Source: Candidatus Gastranaerophilales bacterium
Lineage (GTDB): Bacteria; Cyanobacteriota; Vampirovibrionia; Gastranaerophilales; Gastranaerophilaceae
Direction of reading: 5' to 3'
Length of the DNA stretch: 64,000 bases
Assembly: GCA_944323985.1 (NCBI GenBank)
Contig: CALUUP010000001.1
Location: forward strand, 37,029-101,028
Shown: piece by piece, positions 50,169-59,775 of the stretch
How the letters are laid out: every line of letters begins with the position of its first letter
Numbering within the stretch: position 1 is the stretch's first letter
The notes under the pieces: model-generated
Database searches by the model: none
Told to the model about the DNA's origin: nothing
What the model saw: the letters and a program-made list of their open reading frames with translations, nothing else
Translations under genes and position numbers: made by a program

Positions 50169-50959
50169 TGTTTACATCTCCATCTCAAATTCTATGTACA
50201 ATATTCGGCATAAAAATATATTTTTATGGTGTAATAATGGCTCTTGCAATTTCAATTGGGGTTTTAGTTTCTGATTTTGTTGCTTATAAGTTTTATGATT
50301 TAAAGAAAGAGACAATAATAGATTTAGCACCATATTTAATAATATTTGGGATTATAGGTGCGAGATTGTATTATTGTACTTTAAATTATGATTTTTATTT
50401 AAGATTTCCAACCGAAATTTTGGCGATTCGTCATGGTGGAATTTCAATTCACGGAGCGATTATTGGTGGAATTGTAGGGCTTTTAGTTTTTGCTAAAAGA
50501 CGGAATTTGAATTATAAAAAACTTCTAGATGTAACTGCGGTTGGTTTACCTTTAGCTCAAGCGATTGGAAGATGGGGGAATTTCTTTAATTCAGAAGCTT
50601 TTGGAGGTCCTTGTAATTTACCTTGGAAACTTTATATTGCTCCGCAATATCGTCCGATACCTTTTCAAGAAGTGCAATTTTTTCATCCGACTTTTCTTTA
50701 TGAAAGTGTTTTGGATTTTGTTTTGTTTATTGTTTTGTTTTATATCGCAAAGAAAAATTGTATAAAAAAAGATGGAAATTTGGCGTTAGTATATTTAATA
50801 CTGTATTCAATTATAAGAATATTAGTGGAAAGTTTACGTATTGATAGTGTAAAATATGTTTTGGGTTTGCCTGTTGCAATATTTGTATCTATTTGTATAA
50901 TTGTTGTATCGATTATATTATTATTTATAAAAAAAGGGGGAAGTGATGAAATTAAATAA
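50168..50959 (+). CDS. lgt: Prolipoprotein diacylglyceryl transferase
   Basis: IIGARLYY, GGISIHGAIIGG, AQAIGRWGNFFNSEAFG, HPTFLYES, RILVESLR. Confidence 0.95.
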   Translation: MFTSPSQILCTIFGIKIYFYGVIMALAISIGVLVSDFVAYKFYDLKKETIIDLAPYLIIFGIIGARLYYCTLNYDFYLRFPTEILAIRHGGISIHGAIIGGIVGLLVFAKRRNLNYKKLLDVTAVGLPLAQAIGRWGNFFNSEAFGGPCNLPWKLYIAPQYRPIPFQEVQFFHPTFLYESVLDFVLFIVLFYIAKKNCIKKDGNLALVYLILYSIIRILVESLRIDSVKYVLGLPVAIFVSICIIVVSIILLFIKKGGSDEIK

Positions 50960-51401
50960 AAAACTGGCAATAATGTCAATAGTATCAGTTATGTTTTCAA
51001 CAATGGTTGCTTTTGCGGCTCCTCAACCGCAAAAAATAGCAGTTGTTGATATTCAAAAAGTTGTGTCATCGTCTTCTCAGGTAAAAACTTTAAAAGCTTC
51101 TCAAGAAGCTAAGAATAAAGAATTGGCTAATTTTATTAAAAAAGCTCAAGAAGATGTAAATAAACAGACTGATGCAAATAAGAAAAAATCTGTAGCAGCA
51201 CAGTATGAGAAACAATTAGTAGCTAAAAGAGAAGCCAATGCTAAAGAGTATGCAAATAAGTTGAAAGCAATAGATACTAATATTACTGCTCAAATCGGTA
51301 AAAAAGCTACAGAGATGGGATATACAATGGTTCTTCCAAAATCAGCAGTTATTTATGGAGGAGACGATATAACTGCAACTATTTTACAGGTGATTAAATA
51401 A
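50943..51401 (+). CDS. OmpH/Skp family outer-membrane chaperone
   Basis: Signal peptide, KIAVVDIQKV, C-terminal GYTMVL...VIYGGDDIT..I. Confidence 0.82.
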   Translation: MMKLNKKLAIMSIVSVMFSTMVAFAAPQPQKIAVVDIQKVVSSSSQVKTLKASQEAKNKELANFIKKAQEDVNKQTDANKKKSVAAQYEKQLVAKREANAKEYANKLKAIDTNITAQIGKKATEMGYTMVLPKSAVIYGGDDITATILQVIK

Positions 51402-51403
51402 TT

Positions 51404-52435
51404 ATGAAAGCAGTTTTATACTACGGACCACAGAATATTAAATATGAAGATACCATGATTAAACCTTTGGAAAAAGGTGAGATTCTTGTAAAAATAAAAG
51501 CAGCATTAACTTGTGGAACTGACGTTAAGACTTATAGAAGAGGGCATCCAGTATTAATAAAAAATATTCCATCTGGTTTTGGTCATGAGTTTTCAGGGAT
51601 TGTAGAAAAAGTTGCTGATGATGTTAAAAATGTTAAAGTTGGTGATAGAGTAGTTTGTGCAAATTCTGCTCCTTGCGGTGAATGTTTTTATTGTAAACGA
51701 GGAGAGTATAATCTTTGTGAAAACTTAGATTTATTAAATGGTGCTTATGCTGAGTATATAGTTGTTCCGGAAAGAATTGTAAAGAAGAATACTTTATTAT
51801 TGCCACCAAGTTTACCATATGAAAAAGCTGCTTTTACCGAACCTTTAGCAAATGTTGTACATGGTGTAGAAAGAACCGGTATAAAACCTGGACAAACGGT
51901 AGGTGTAATTGGTATTGGTCCTATTGGTTTGATGTTTGCAAGGTTGTGCAAGTTAAAAGGTGCAAGAGTTATAGTTGCTGGACGAAATCCTTTGAAACTT
52001 AAATTAGCAGAAGAGTTTGCTCAGGCTGATGAAATTGTAGATTTGAAGAAATATTCTAATCCAGAAATTATTTTTAAAGATTTTTCTGATGAAAAAAGAG
52101 GATTGGATGTCGCAATTGAATGTGTTGGGATGCCTGAAATTTGGGAATTGGTATTCTCTTGCGTAAGACCTGGAGGTACTGTTCATTTCTTTGGCGGATG
52201 TAAATCCGGTTCAAAAGTAAGTATTGATACTACAAAAATGCATTATGGAGATATTCGTTTGATGAGCGTTTTTCATCATACTCCAAAATATTTTAGACAG
52301 GCATTAGATTTGATAGCGACAAGTGATGTTGAGGTTGAAAAATTAATAACTGCAGAACTTCCTCTTGAAAAAGTTGAATATGCTATGGAACAGCATATAG
52401 CTGGTAACGCTATTAAATTTTTAATTCGTCCATAA
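51404..52435 (+). CDS. Zinc-dependent alcohol dehydrogenase (MDR; threonine/sorbitol dehydrogenase-like)
   Basis: TCGTD, GHEFSG, CGECFYCKRG..NLC, GIGPIG. Confidence 0.88.
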   Translation: MKAVLYYGPQNIKYEDTMIKPLEKGEILVKIKAALTCGTDVKTYRRGHPVLIKNIPSGFGHEFSGIVEKVADDVKNVKVGDRVVCANSAPCGECFYCKRGEYNLCENLDLLNGAYAEYIVVPERIVKKNTLLLPPSLPYEKAAFTEPLANVVHGVERTGIKPGQTVGVIGIGPIGLMFARLCKLKGARVIVAGRNPLKLKLAEEFAQADEIVDLKKYSNPEIIFKDFSDEKRGLDVAIECVGMPEIWELVFSCVRPGGTVHFFGGCKSGSKVSIDTTKMHYGDIRLMSVFHHTPKYFRQALDLIATSDVEVEKLITAELPLEKVEYAMEQHIAGNAIKFLIRP

Positions 52436-52462
52436 ATGAGGATAAAACAAAAACCCTAAATT

Positions 52463-52497
52463 AACTACTTGATATATCAAGTAGTTTTTAGTATCAT
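52463..52497 (+). promoter_or_regulatory. 24-bp perfect palindrome overlapping a sigma70 promoter of yebC
   Basis: aactacttgata|tatcaagtagtt; TTGATA-N17-TATCAT (52469-52497). Confidence 0.55.
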
Positions 52498-52534
52498 TGT
52501 AAAGCAGATTTTATAGACAAAAAGGGGATATCAA

Positions 52535-53293
52535 ATGAGCGGACACTCAAAATGGTCAACAATTAAACATAAAAAAGCTAAAACAGATTCATTAAGAGCT
52601 GCAGAATTTCAAAAATTTTCAAGAGAAATTATAGTAGCTTCAAAATTGGGCGGTCCTGATCCTGCAGGAAATTTTAGGTTAAGAACTGCAATTGAAAAAG
52701 CGAAAGCAGCTGGACTACCAAATGATAATATAAAAAGAGCTATAGAAAAGGGTTCCGGTTCTGGTTCTCAAGAAAATTATGATGAAATGATTTATGAAGG
52801 TTATGCAGCTGGTGGAGTTGCCGTTGTAGTAGAAGCTATGACTGATAATAAAAACAGAACAGCTGGCGATGTAAGAAGTTATTTCTCAAAATTTAACGGA
52901 AATTTAGGTGAAACTGGATGCGTAGGCTGGATGTTTGATAAAAAAGGTTGTATAACTTTTGAAAAAGAAGGTATTGATTTCGATGCTCTTTTTGAAGCTG
53001 CTATAAATCTTGATGCTGAAGATATAGTTGAAGAGGATGATGAGTATAAAGTTTATACATCAGTTGCAAATCTTCAAACGATAACAGAAGGTTTGGAAAA
53101 AGAAGGATTTAAGTCTACAACTGCAGAATTTACAAGAATTCCTCAAAATACAATTGAAGTAACTGATGAAAAAACTGCAATTAATATTATGAGATTATTA
53201 GGTAGATTAGAAGAACATGATGATGTTCAAAATGTTTATGCAAACTTTGATATTGATGATGATTTAATGTCAAAGATAGAAAATTTAATTTAA
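52535..53293 (+). CDS. YebC/PmpR family protein
   Basis: MSGHSKWSTIKHKK, YEGY..GGVAV, TDNKNRT, LEEHDDVQNVYANF. Confidence 0.95.
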   Translation: MSGHSKWSTIKHKKAKTDSLRAAEFQKFSREIIVASKLGGPDPAGNFRLRTAIEKAKAAGLPNDNIKRAIEKGSGSGSQENYDEMIYEGYAAGGVAVVVEAMTDNKNRTAGDVRSYFSKFNGNLGETGCVGWMFDKKGCITFEKEGIDFDALFEAAINLDAEDIVEEDDEYKVYTSVANLQTITEGLEKEGFKSTTAEFTRIPQNTIEVTDEKTAINIMRLLGRLEEHDDVQNVYANFDIDDDLMSKIENLI

Positions 53294-53322
53294 AAGACTA
53301 ATGGTAAGGAGGAACGCTAATT

Positions 53323-53658
53323 ATGATGAACATGATGAATATGATGAAACAAGCTCAAAATATTCAAAAGAAATTAAAAGAAACTCAGGATGAGCTTAAT
53401 AAAATGGATATAACAGGTGAAGCAGGAAATGGTTCTGTAAAAGTTATTTGTGATGGAAAAGGTTTATTTAAATCAATAAAACTTTCTGCAGAAGCTATTA
53501 ATCCAGAAAATCCTTCTTCAGTTTCAGAAGATACAATTGAAATGTTAGAAGATATAATAACAACAGCTATTAATCAAACTTCAGGAAAAGCAATTAAGGT
53601 TATGGAAGAAAAGATGAAAGCTGTAACTGGTGGAATTAGTATTCCTGGATTATTCTAA
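53323..53658 (+). CDS. YbaB/EbfC nucleoid-associated protein
   Basis: MMKQAQ.IQ.K, GEAGNGSVKV, EMLEDII..A.N; directly upstream of recR. Confidence 0.9.
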   Translation: MMNMMNMMKQAQNIQKKLKETQDELNKMDITGEAGNGSVKVICDGKGLFKSIKLSAEAINPENPSSVSEDTIEMLEDIITTAINQTSGKAIKVMEEKMKAVTGGISIPGLF

Positions 53659-53675
53659 TTTAGAAATTTGTTATT

Positions 53676-54272
53676 ATGATTTATCCAAAAAGTATAGCAA
53701 CATTAATAGAACAATTTCAAAAATTTCCATCCGTTGGCCCAAAATCGGCACAACGGATGGCTTTTCAGATTTTAAAAATGCCATTGAGTGAAGTTGAAAA
53801 ATTTGCGAATGCAATTTTGGAAGCAAAAAAGAATTCTAAAACTTGTGAAGTTTGTTTTAATATTTCCACTCAGACTCCTTGTGAAATTTGTTCGTCAAGT
53901 TCGAGAAATCGATCTGTTATATGTGTGGTAGCAGAAACAAAAGATTTAATTGCAATAGAAAAAACGAATGAATATAGAGGTTTGTACCATGTTCTTCAAG
54001 GTTTAATATCTCCAATGGACGGGATTGGTGCAGAAGATATAAGGATTAAGGAATTATTATCAAGATTAACAGATGAGAATGTTAAAGAGGTTATTTTAGC
54101 TCTATCACCATCTGTAGAGGGTGAAGCTACGAGTTTGTATCTTACAAAATTAATAAAACCTTTTGGTATAAAAATTTCGAGAATAGCTTTTGGGCTGCCA
54201 GTCGGAGCAGACTTAGAGTATGCAGATGAAGTAACTTTAGCAAGAGCTATTGAAGGTCGAAGAGAACTTTAG
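53676..54272 (+). CDS. recR: Recombination mediator RecR
   Basis: [11 protein letters not shown]4 zinc finger, [30 protein letters not shown]. Confidence 0.96.
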   Translation: MIYPKSIATLIEQFQKFPSVGPKSAQRMAFQILKMPLSEVEKFANAILEAKKNSKTCEVCFNISTQTPCEICSSSSRNRSVICVVAETKDLIAIEKTNEYRGLYHVLQGLISPMDGIGAEDIRIKELLSRLTDENVKEVILALSPSVEGEATSLYLTKLIKPFGIKISRIAFGLPVGADLEYADEVTLARAIEGRREL

Positions 54273-54275
54273 AGT

Positions 54276-54551
54276 TTAGTCTGAAAATAATTCAATATAA
54301 GCTTCTTTGTATTTTTGTATTTCTTTTTTTATTTCAGAAGTTAGATTTTGAATATTTACGTAGCAAGTTCTTGTTTGTTCAATGTATTTATATTCTTCAT
54401 CAGATAAATTCACTAAATTTTTATCTTTTAAAACGTAATCTATAAAATCGATACTAGCCATCATACTGCTTTCTGCTTGTGCAAAGAACCAGCTGTTTTT
54501 AGTTAATTCATTTTCTATATATTTAGTAAGTCTAATCATTATTTGCCTCAA
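54276..54551 (-). CDS. Small helical hypothetical protein
   Basis: 91-aa ORF with TTG start after AGGA; divergent from the XRE pair. Confidence 0.5.
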   Translation of the reverse strand: MRQIMIRLTKYIENELTKNSWFFAQAESSMMASIDFIDYVLKDKNLVNLSDEEYKYIEQTRTCYVNIQNLTSEIKKEIQKYKEAYIELFSD

Positions 54552-54601
54552 TTATTCCTATAGGAAACATTTGTCTATAATCTATCATTTATCATGAAAG
54601 A

Positions 54602-54877
54602 ATGCAAGAAAAAGATATAAAAGCTGAAAAATTTGCTATTGTTTTAGGAGAGATTTTAAGAGAGTTAAGATCTGCTAGAAATAGTTCTACGATAAATAAA
54701 TTAGCGAATGAATATGAGTTGAATAAGGGGACATTAAGTAAATTAGAACGAGGTAATAATAATTGCCAGTTTATAACATTATGGAAATTGTCTGAGGCAT
54801 TAGGGATAAGGTGTTCAGATTTAGTAAAACTTTTAGAAGAGAGATTGGGTGAAGAGTTTACCCTTCTTGATGAATAG
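54602..54877 (+). CDS. XRE-family HTH protein (copy 1)
   Basis: LREL...TINKLANEYELNKGTLSKLERG HTH pattern. Confidence 0.8.
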   Translation: MQEKDIKAEKFAIVLGEILRELRSARNSSTINKLANEYELNKGTLSKLERGNNNCQFITLWKLSEALGIRCSDLVKLLEERLGEEFTLLDE

Positions 54878-55099
54878 TCCTTATTAGTTTTTTGAAAAAT
54901 TAAAGTTGTTTTTATTTTAACAGGTCTTTTATATGACTTTTCGTGTAAAGAATTACATTTTGTTCTTTTACATTCTATTTTTATATATAACCTGATGTTT
55001 TTAATAAATCTATTTTTTATGTAAGTAGCAAAAATCATAATAATTTAAAAGTTTAATGTATTGAACGTGCGATATGATAATATCATTTATTATAAAATA

Positions 55100-55375
55100 A
55101 TGCAAGAAAATAATTTAAAGACAGAAGAATTAGCAGATGTATTAGGTCAATTAATTAAAGATTTAAGACGTAATATTTCTCAAAGTTCGCTTGATAATTT
55201 AGCAATTTCGTTTGGGATAAGTAAAGGGTCTTTAAGTAATATAGAAAATGGTACAAATAATGTTAAGTTTGTAACATTATGGAAATTGTCTGAGGCATTA
55301 GGGATAAGGTGTTCAGATTTAGTAAAACTTTTAGAAGAGAGATTGGGCGAAGAGTTTACTCTTCTTGACGATTAG
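55100..55375 (+). CDS. XRE-family HTH protein (copy 2)
   Basis: SLDNLAISFGISKGSLSNIENG HTH; C-terminal third near-identical to copy 1. Start set at MQENN by homology. Confidence 0.8.
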   Translation: MQENNLKTEELADVLGQLIKDLRRNISQSSLDNLAISFGISKGSLSNIENGTNNVKFVTLWKLSEALGIRCSDLVKLLEERLGEEFTLLDD

Positions 55376-55481
55376 ATATTTAAATCTCTATGTGTTAATA
55401 TTTGTAAACTTTTTGGCAATTTTAGAGTTTTGTAATACTTTTATATATTAGGTGTGGACTGTATAAAAAAGTAGGTGTTTT

Positions 55482-55685
55482 ATGATTTTAGGAAACAACA
55501 TTGCGAAACTTTATGTAGGAAATCAATTTAAAAAGTACCCCCCACAAAAAGCAGTGGATGGAGTACTTAAAAGTCATTTGATGATTGATAATAAAATTTT
55601 TGGGAAAAAATCTATTTCTTTGAGAGATTATTTCTTTCAGTTAGCAGATATTACAAAGAAAGATTTTAAAGGTTTTTATTGCTAA
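55482..55685 (+). CDS. Small hypothetical protein
   Basis: 67-aa ORF with AGGTG RBS. Confidence 0.45.
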   Translation: MILGNNIAKLYVGNQFKKYPPQKAVDGVLKSHLMIDNKIFGKKSISLRDYFFQLADITKKDFKGFYC

Positions 55686-56986
55686 AATTTGAAAGATTTT
55701 ATTCCATAGTATTCAGCAGAGAATTCCAGGTCTTCTTCAATTCTCAATAGTTGATTGTATTTTGCAATTCTTTCGGAACGGGAGATTGAGCCTGTTTTTA
55801 TAAGTCCGGAATTCATGCCCACTGCTAAGTCGGAAATAAACGTATCTTCGGTTTCTCCTGATCGGTGAGAAATAATTGTTGCGTATCCGTTTTTTTGAGC
55901 AGTTAGAATTGTATCCATTGTTTCAGACAAGGTTCCTATTTGATTTGGTTTAATTAAAATAGCATTTGCTAAGTTTTTTTCAATTCCATCTTGCAATCTT
56001 TTTACGTTTGTAACAAATAGGTCATCTCCAACAAGCTGGCATTTTTTGCCTAATCTTTCCGTTAAGTGTTGCCATCCTAAAATATCATCTTGAGCCATTC
56101 CATCCTCAATTGAAATTATTGGATAATTTTCAACTAAATTTTCAAGATAATTTACCATTTCCTCTGATGTAAGCTTTTTATTTTCTCCCTTTAGATAGTA
56201 TTTACTCAAAGAACATACACCACCTGAACATTCTCCCTCTTCATATAGTTCAGAAGCTGCAATATCTAGAGCAATCTTTACGTTATTAGTGTTATAACCT
56301 GCTTTTTCTATTGCAGAAATTAATGTCTCAATAGCTTCTTTAGATGATGTATAGTCAGGAGCAAAGCCTCCTTCATCTCCAACATTTGTTGAAAATCCTC
56401 TTTCAATAAGAATATGTTTTAAAGTATGGAAAATTTCAGCCCCAATTTTTAATGCTTCAGAGAAGTTGCTTGCACCTGTTGGTACAATCATAAATTCTTG
56501 AATATCAAGACAATTGTTAGAATGAACTCCGCCGTTTAAAATATTCATCATCGGTGTCGGAAGAATTCTTGCGTTTATTCCCCCTAAATATTCATAAAGA
56601 GGCAAATCATAATATTTAGAAGCCGCTCTTGCACAAGCAAGTGAAACTGCTAAGGTTGCATTTGCTCCAAGTGTTGATTTGTCAAAGCTTCCATCAAGTT
56701 CCATCATTATGTTATCAATAACTCTTTGGTTGGTAACATCTTCTCCTAAAAGATTTGGAGTGATTGAAGAATTAATATTATCAACTGCTTTAAGAACTCC
56801 TTTTCCAAAGTATTCTGTTTTGACGTTGTCTCGTAGTTCTTTAGCTTCATAAATACCTGTAGAAGCTCCTGAAGGGACAGATGCTCTTGCAATAGTTCCA
56901 TCAATTAATTTAACCTCAGCTTCGACTGTAGGATTGCCTCTTGAATCAAGGATTTGTCTTGCTTTTATATCATCAATTTCGCACAT
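55682..56986 (-). CDS. eno: Enolase
   Basis: [62 protein letters not shown]. Confidence 0.96.
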   Translation of the reverse strand: MCEIDDIKARQILDSRGNPTVEAEVKLIDGTIARASVPSGASTGIYEAKELRDNVKTEYFGKGVLKAVDNINSSITPNLLGEDVTNQRVIDNIMMELDGSFDKSTLGANATLAVSLACARAASKYYDLPLYEYLGGINARILPTPMMNILNGGVHSNNCLDIQEFMIVPTGASNFSEALKIGAEIFHTLKHILIERGFSTNVGDEGGFAPDYTSSKEAIETLISAIEKAGYNTNNVKIALDIAASELYEEGECSGGVCSLSKYYLKGENKKLTSEEMVNYLENLVENYPIISIEDGMAQDDILGWQHLTERLGKKCQLVGDDLFVTNVKRLQDGIEKNLANAILIKPNQIGTLSETMDTILTAQKNGYATIISHRSGETEDTFISDLAVGMNSGLIKTGSISRSERIAKYNQLLRIEEDLEFSAEYYGIKSFKF

Positions 56987-57093
56987 TTTTATACTCCTTT
57001 CTTGTTAAAAGAGTATTTAATAAAATAAATAATAATACTATTCATCATTATGGTAATTAATGTAAAGAAGTGTAACAATTAATAATAAAATAT

Positions 57094-57120
57094 TAAAGAA
57101 AAAATAAAATCTGACGATAT
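57094..57120 (+). promoter_or_regulatory. Sigma28-type promoter
   Basis: TAAAGAAA-N11-GACGATAT upstream of the EF-hand protein. Confidence 0.5.
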
Positions 57121-57149
57121 ATATACAGGATATAAAAGGAGGATTTTAA

Positions 57150-59702
57150 ATGAGTTTATTTAATGGAATCAATCAGTTTGTAAATTTTGAAATTAATGGT
57201 AAGAAGTTAGCTTTCAGTGATATTGATAAAGATAATAATGGAGAAATTTCTACAGAAGAATATAATAGTTTATTAGAAGAAGTAAAATTAGATTCTATTG
57301 ATTTTAAAACATTAGATACAAATTCTGATAATTTAATTTCGAATGATGAATTTTTAAAATATGAAAAGAAATTAGAAATACAAGAAGTAGTTAATAATTA
57401 TTCAAAGACTATTGCAATAGATTTTGCAGGAAAATCAGATTGTATAGTCCAACTAAATACTGAATTAAAAGATTTAATTAATGATTTTGTTGATAATTAT
57501 TCTGGTGATTTATCTGAAATGGTTAAAGATTTTGAAGAACAATTCACAGTAAAGTATGAAGAAATAAAAAATAGTATTATGGTAGGTGACGTGAATACTA
57601 TAAAATCAAAAGTTTTAGATGAAGTTTATTCAAATTATCTTAAAGTAGAGAATGCTGAAAATCAAATAGATAGCAGTTCTTTAAAACAGTTTGCTTTAAT
57701 GTTAGAAAGTGAAGCAAATAATTTTATAAAAAATTACAAAGGTGATTCGCTAGAAAAAGATTTAGCAGAATATTTAGAAGGCTGTACTTATAAGACAGAC
57801 TATGAAAGATTAGAATCTGCGATTGAAGATTTTAATTTAGGATTGAGTAGTTTAGGAGCTATGATTGATAATGGTGGAGATCTTTTAGCATTGAAAGATT
57901 TTGTTAATGAATTTTTAAATACGGCTTTAGATAAAGGTATTGTTCTTAATATAGATGGTCAAGAGATAAGAGCAGAAGAAGATATAACAAAAGTTCTTGA
58001 TAAATTTACTGATGGTGATGAATTAAAATTCGCTATGGATAAAGTTTTTTTAGAATTAAAGTCTGGAGAAGTATTAGAAGATCAAGAAAATAATAAAGAA
58101 TCAGAACCTACTATAAGGGGCGAAAATTTTACATTGGATTCATCAAAAATAGATTATCCAGATTGGTATGATGGTACAAAACATTTTAAGAGTTTAAGTT
58201 CTATAAAATCATATTTAGAAGATTTGGATTTAAAGAGAAGTCTTCAAAATCAATTGTTAGACAGATGTTCAGAGAATGGTGTTTCTTATAGTCAGATGTC
58301 TTTAGTATTTGAAAATTCATATAGTGAAGCTTTAGAAGAAGCTTTAAAAACAGTTGATTTTAAGAGGATATCTTTGGGTCTTGTTTCAAAAAATAGAACA
58401 ATAGAAAGCATTCAGTCAATAATAGAAAATATAGTAGAAAAGATCAATGATAGTATGTCTTCAGCAATTGATAAAATGTATAAATCAGAAGCTGATTTTG
58501 ATATAGAAGATATAGATTATAGTGTTATAAATAAGCAAGATGATGAAGAGGAGTTAAGATATGGCAATGAAAATGATCCAATAAGAACAGAAGGAAGCAG
58601 TAAAGTAATGGAAGCACAGGCAGATGTAATTTCTCGTCGATTAAGACCCCAATTGCTAGAGAAAGCAGAAGCAATGTGTCTTACAAATGATGTAGGATTT
58701 GATTTAGATGTATTTAATCAAATTTTAGAGGATTCAAAGTCAATAGCATATAAACAATCAATAGATACAACAAGAAGAAATGATATAATCTTAGATTTAG
58801 ATAATATGTTGGAAGTTTTTACAAAGAATTTCAAGATTGATTTTGAGAATTGGGTAAAAACAAATAAATCAGATACTTTTGTTGATGAAAGCAAAGATGT
58901 TGTTGGTATAGATCAAGAAAATAATAAAGAATCAGAACCTACTATAAGGGGCGAAAATTTTACATTGGATTCATCAAAAATAGATTATCCAGATTGGTAT
59001 GATGGTACAAAACATTTTAAGAGTTTAAGTTCTATAAAATCATATTTAGAAGATTTGGATTTAAAGAGAAGTCTTCAAAATCAATTGTTAGACAGATGTT
59101 CAGAGAATGGTGTTTCTTATAGTCAGATGTCTTTAGTATTTGAAAATTCATATAGTGAAGCTTTAGAAGAAGCTTTAAAAACAGTTGATTTTAAGAGGAT
59201 ATCTTTGGGTCTTGTTTCAAAAAATAGAACAATAGAAAGCATTCAGTCAATAATAGAAAATATAGTAGAAAAGATCAATGATAGTATGTCTTCAGCAATT
59301 GATAAAATGTATAAATCAGAAGCTGATTTTGATATAGAAGATATAGATTATAGTGTTATAAATAAGCAAGATGATGAAGAGGAGTTAAGATATGGCAATG
59401 AAAATGATCCAATAAGAACAGAAGGAAGCAGTAAAGTAATGGAAGCACAGGCAGATGTAATTTCTCGTCGATTAAGACCCCAATTGCTAGAGAAAGCAGA
59501 AGCAATGTGTCTTACAAATGATGTAGGATTTGATTTAGATGTATTTAATCAAATTTTAGAGGATTCAAAGTCAATAGCATATAAACAATCAATAGATACA
59601 ACAAGAAGAAATGATATAATTTTAGATTTAGATAATATGTTGGAAGTTTTTACAAAGAATTTCAAGATTGATTTTGAGAATTGGATAAATAGAAAAAAAT
59701 AA
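57150..59702 (+). CDS. Acidic EF-hand-containing protein with a duplicated 258-aa C-terminal module
   Basis: EF-hand-like loops DIDKDNNGEISTEE and LDTNSDNLISNDE; strong RBS AAGGAGG; near-identical internal repeat. Confidence 0.75.
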   Translation: MSLFNGINQFVNFEINGKKLAFSDIDKDNNGEISTEEYNSLLEEVKLDSIDFKTLDTNSDNLISNDEFLKYEKKLEIQEVVNNYSKTIAIDFAGKSDCIVQLNTELKDLINDFVDNYSGDLSEMVKDFEEQFTVKYEEIKNSIMVGDVNTIKSKVLDEVYSNYLKVENAENQIDSSSLKQFALMLESEANNFIKNYKGDSLEKDLAEYLEGCTYKTDYERLESAIEDFNLGLSSLGAMIDNGGDLLALKDFVNEFLNTALDKGIVLNIDGQEIRAEEDITKVLDKFTDGDELKFAMDKVFLELKSGEVLEDQENNKESEPTIRGENFTLDSSKIDYPDWYDGTKHFKSLSSIKSYLEDLDLKRSLQNQLLDRCSENGVSYSQMSLVFENSYSEALEEALKTVDFKRISLGLVSKNRTIESIQSIIENIVEKINDSMSSAIDKMYKSEADFDIEDIDYSVINKQDDEEELRYGNENDPIRTEGSSKVMEAQADVISRRLRPQLLEKAEAMCLTNDVGFDLDVFNQILEDSKSIAYKQSIDTTRRNDIILDLDNMLEVFTKNFKIDFENWVKTNKSDTFVDESKDVVGIDQENNKESEPTIRGENFTLDSSKIDYPDWYDGTKHFKSLSSIKSYLEDLDLKRSLQNQLLDRCSENGVSYSQMSLVFENSYSEALEEALKTVDFKRISLGLVSKNRTIESIQSIIENIVEKINDSMSSAIDKMYKSEADFDIEDIDYSVINKQDDEEELRYGNENDPIRTEGSSKVMEAQADVISRRLRPQLLEKAEAMCLTNDVGFDLDVFNQILEDSKSIAYKQSIDTTRRNDIILDLDNMLEVFTKNFKIDFENWINRKK
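58080..59684 (+). repeat. Direct repeat, 2 x 774 bp (58080-58853 and 58911-59684), period 831 bp, in frame
   Basis: Copies match by eye except one synonymous ATC/ATT difference; 57-bp unique spacer. Confidence 0.92.
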
Positions 59703-59707
59703 AAATA

Positions 59708-59740
59708 AATAAAATGAAGTCTTTAAGACTTCATTTTATT
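59708..59740. terminator. Intrinsic terminator
   Basis: aataaaatgaagtctt-t-aagacttcattttatt inverted repeat. Confidence 0.75.
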
Positions 59741-59775
59741 TTTGCCTTTTTAGAATAAATGAATATAATATAGTT

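Noticed and set aside
54276-55685. Prophage or restriction-modification controller locus
   Set aside because: There are no integrase, phage structural genes, methyltransferase or nuclease, and no att-like repeats were seen.
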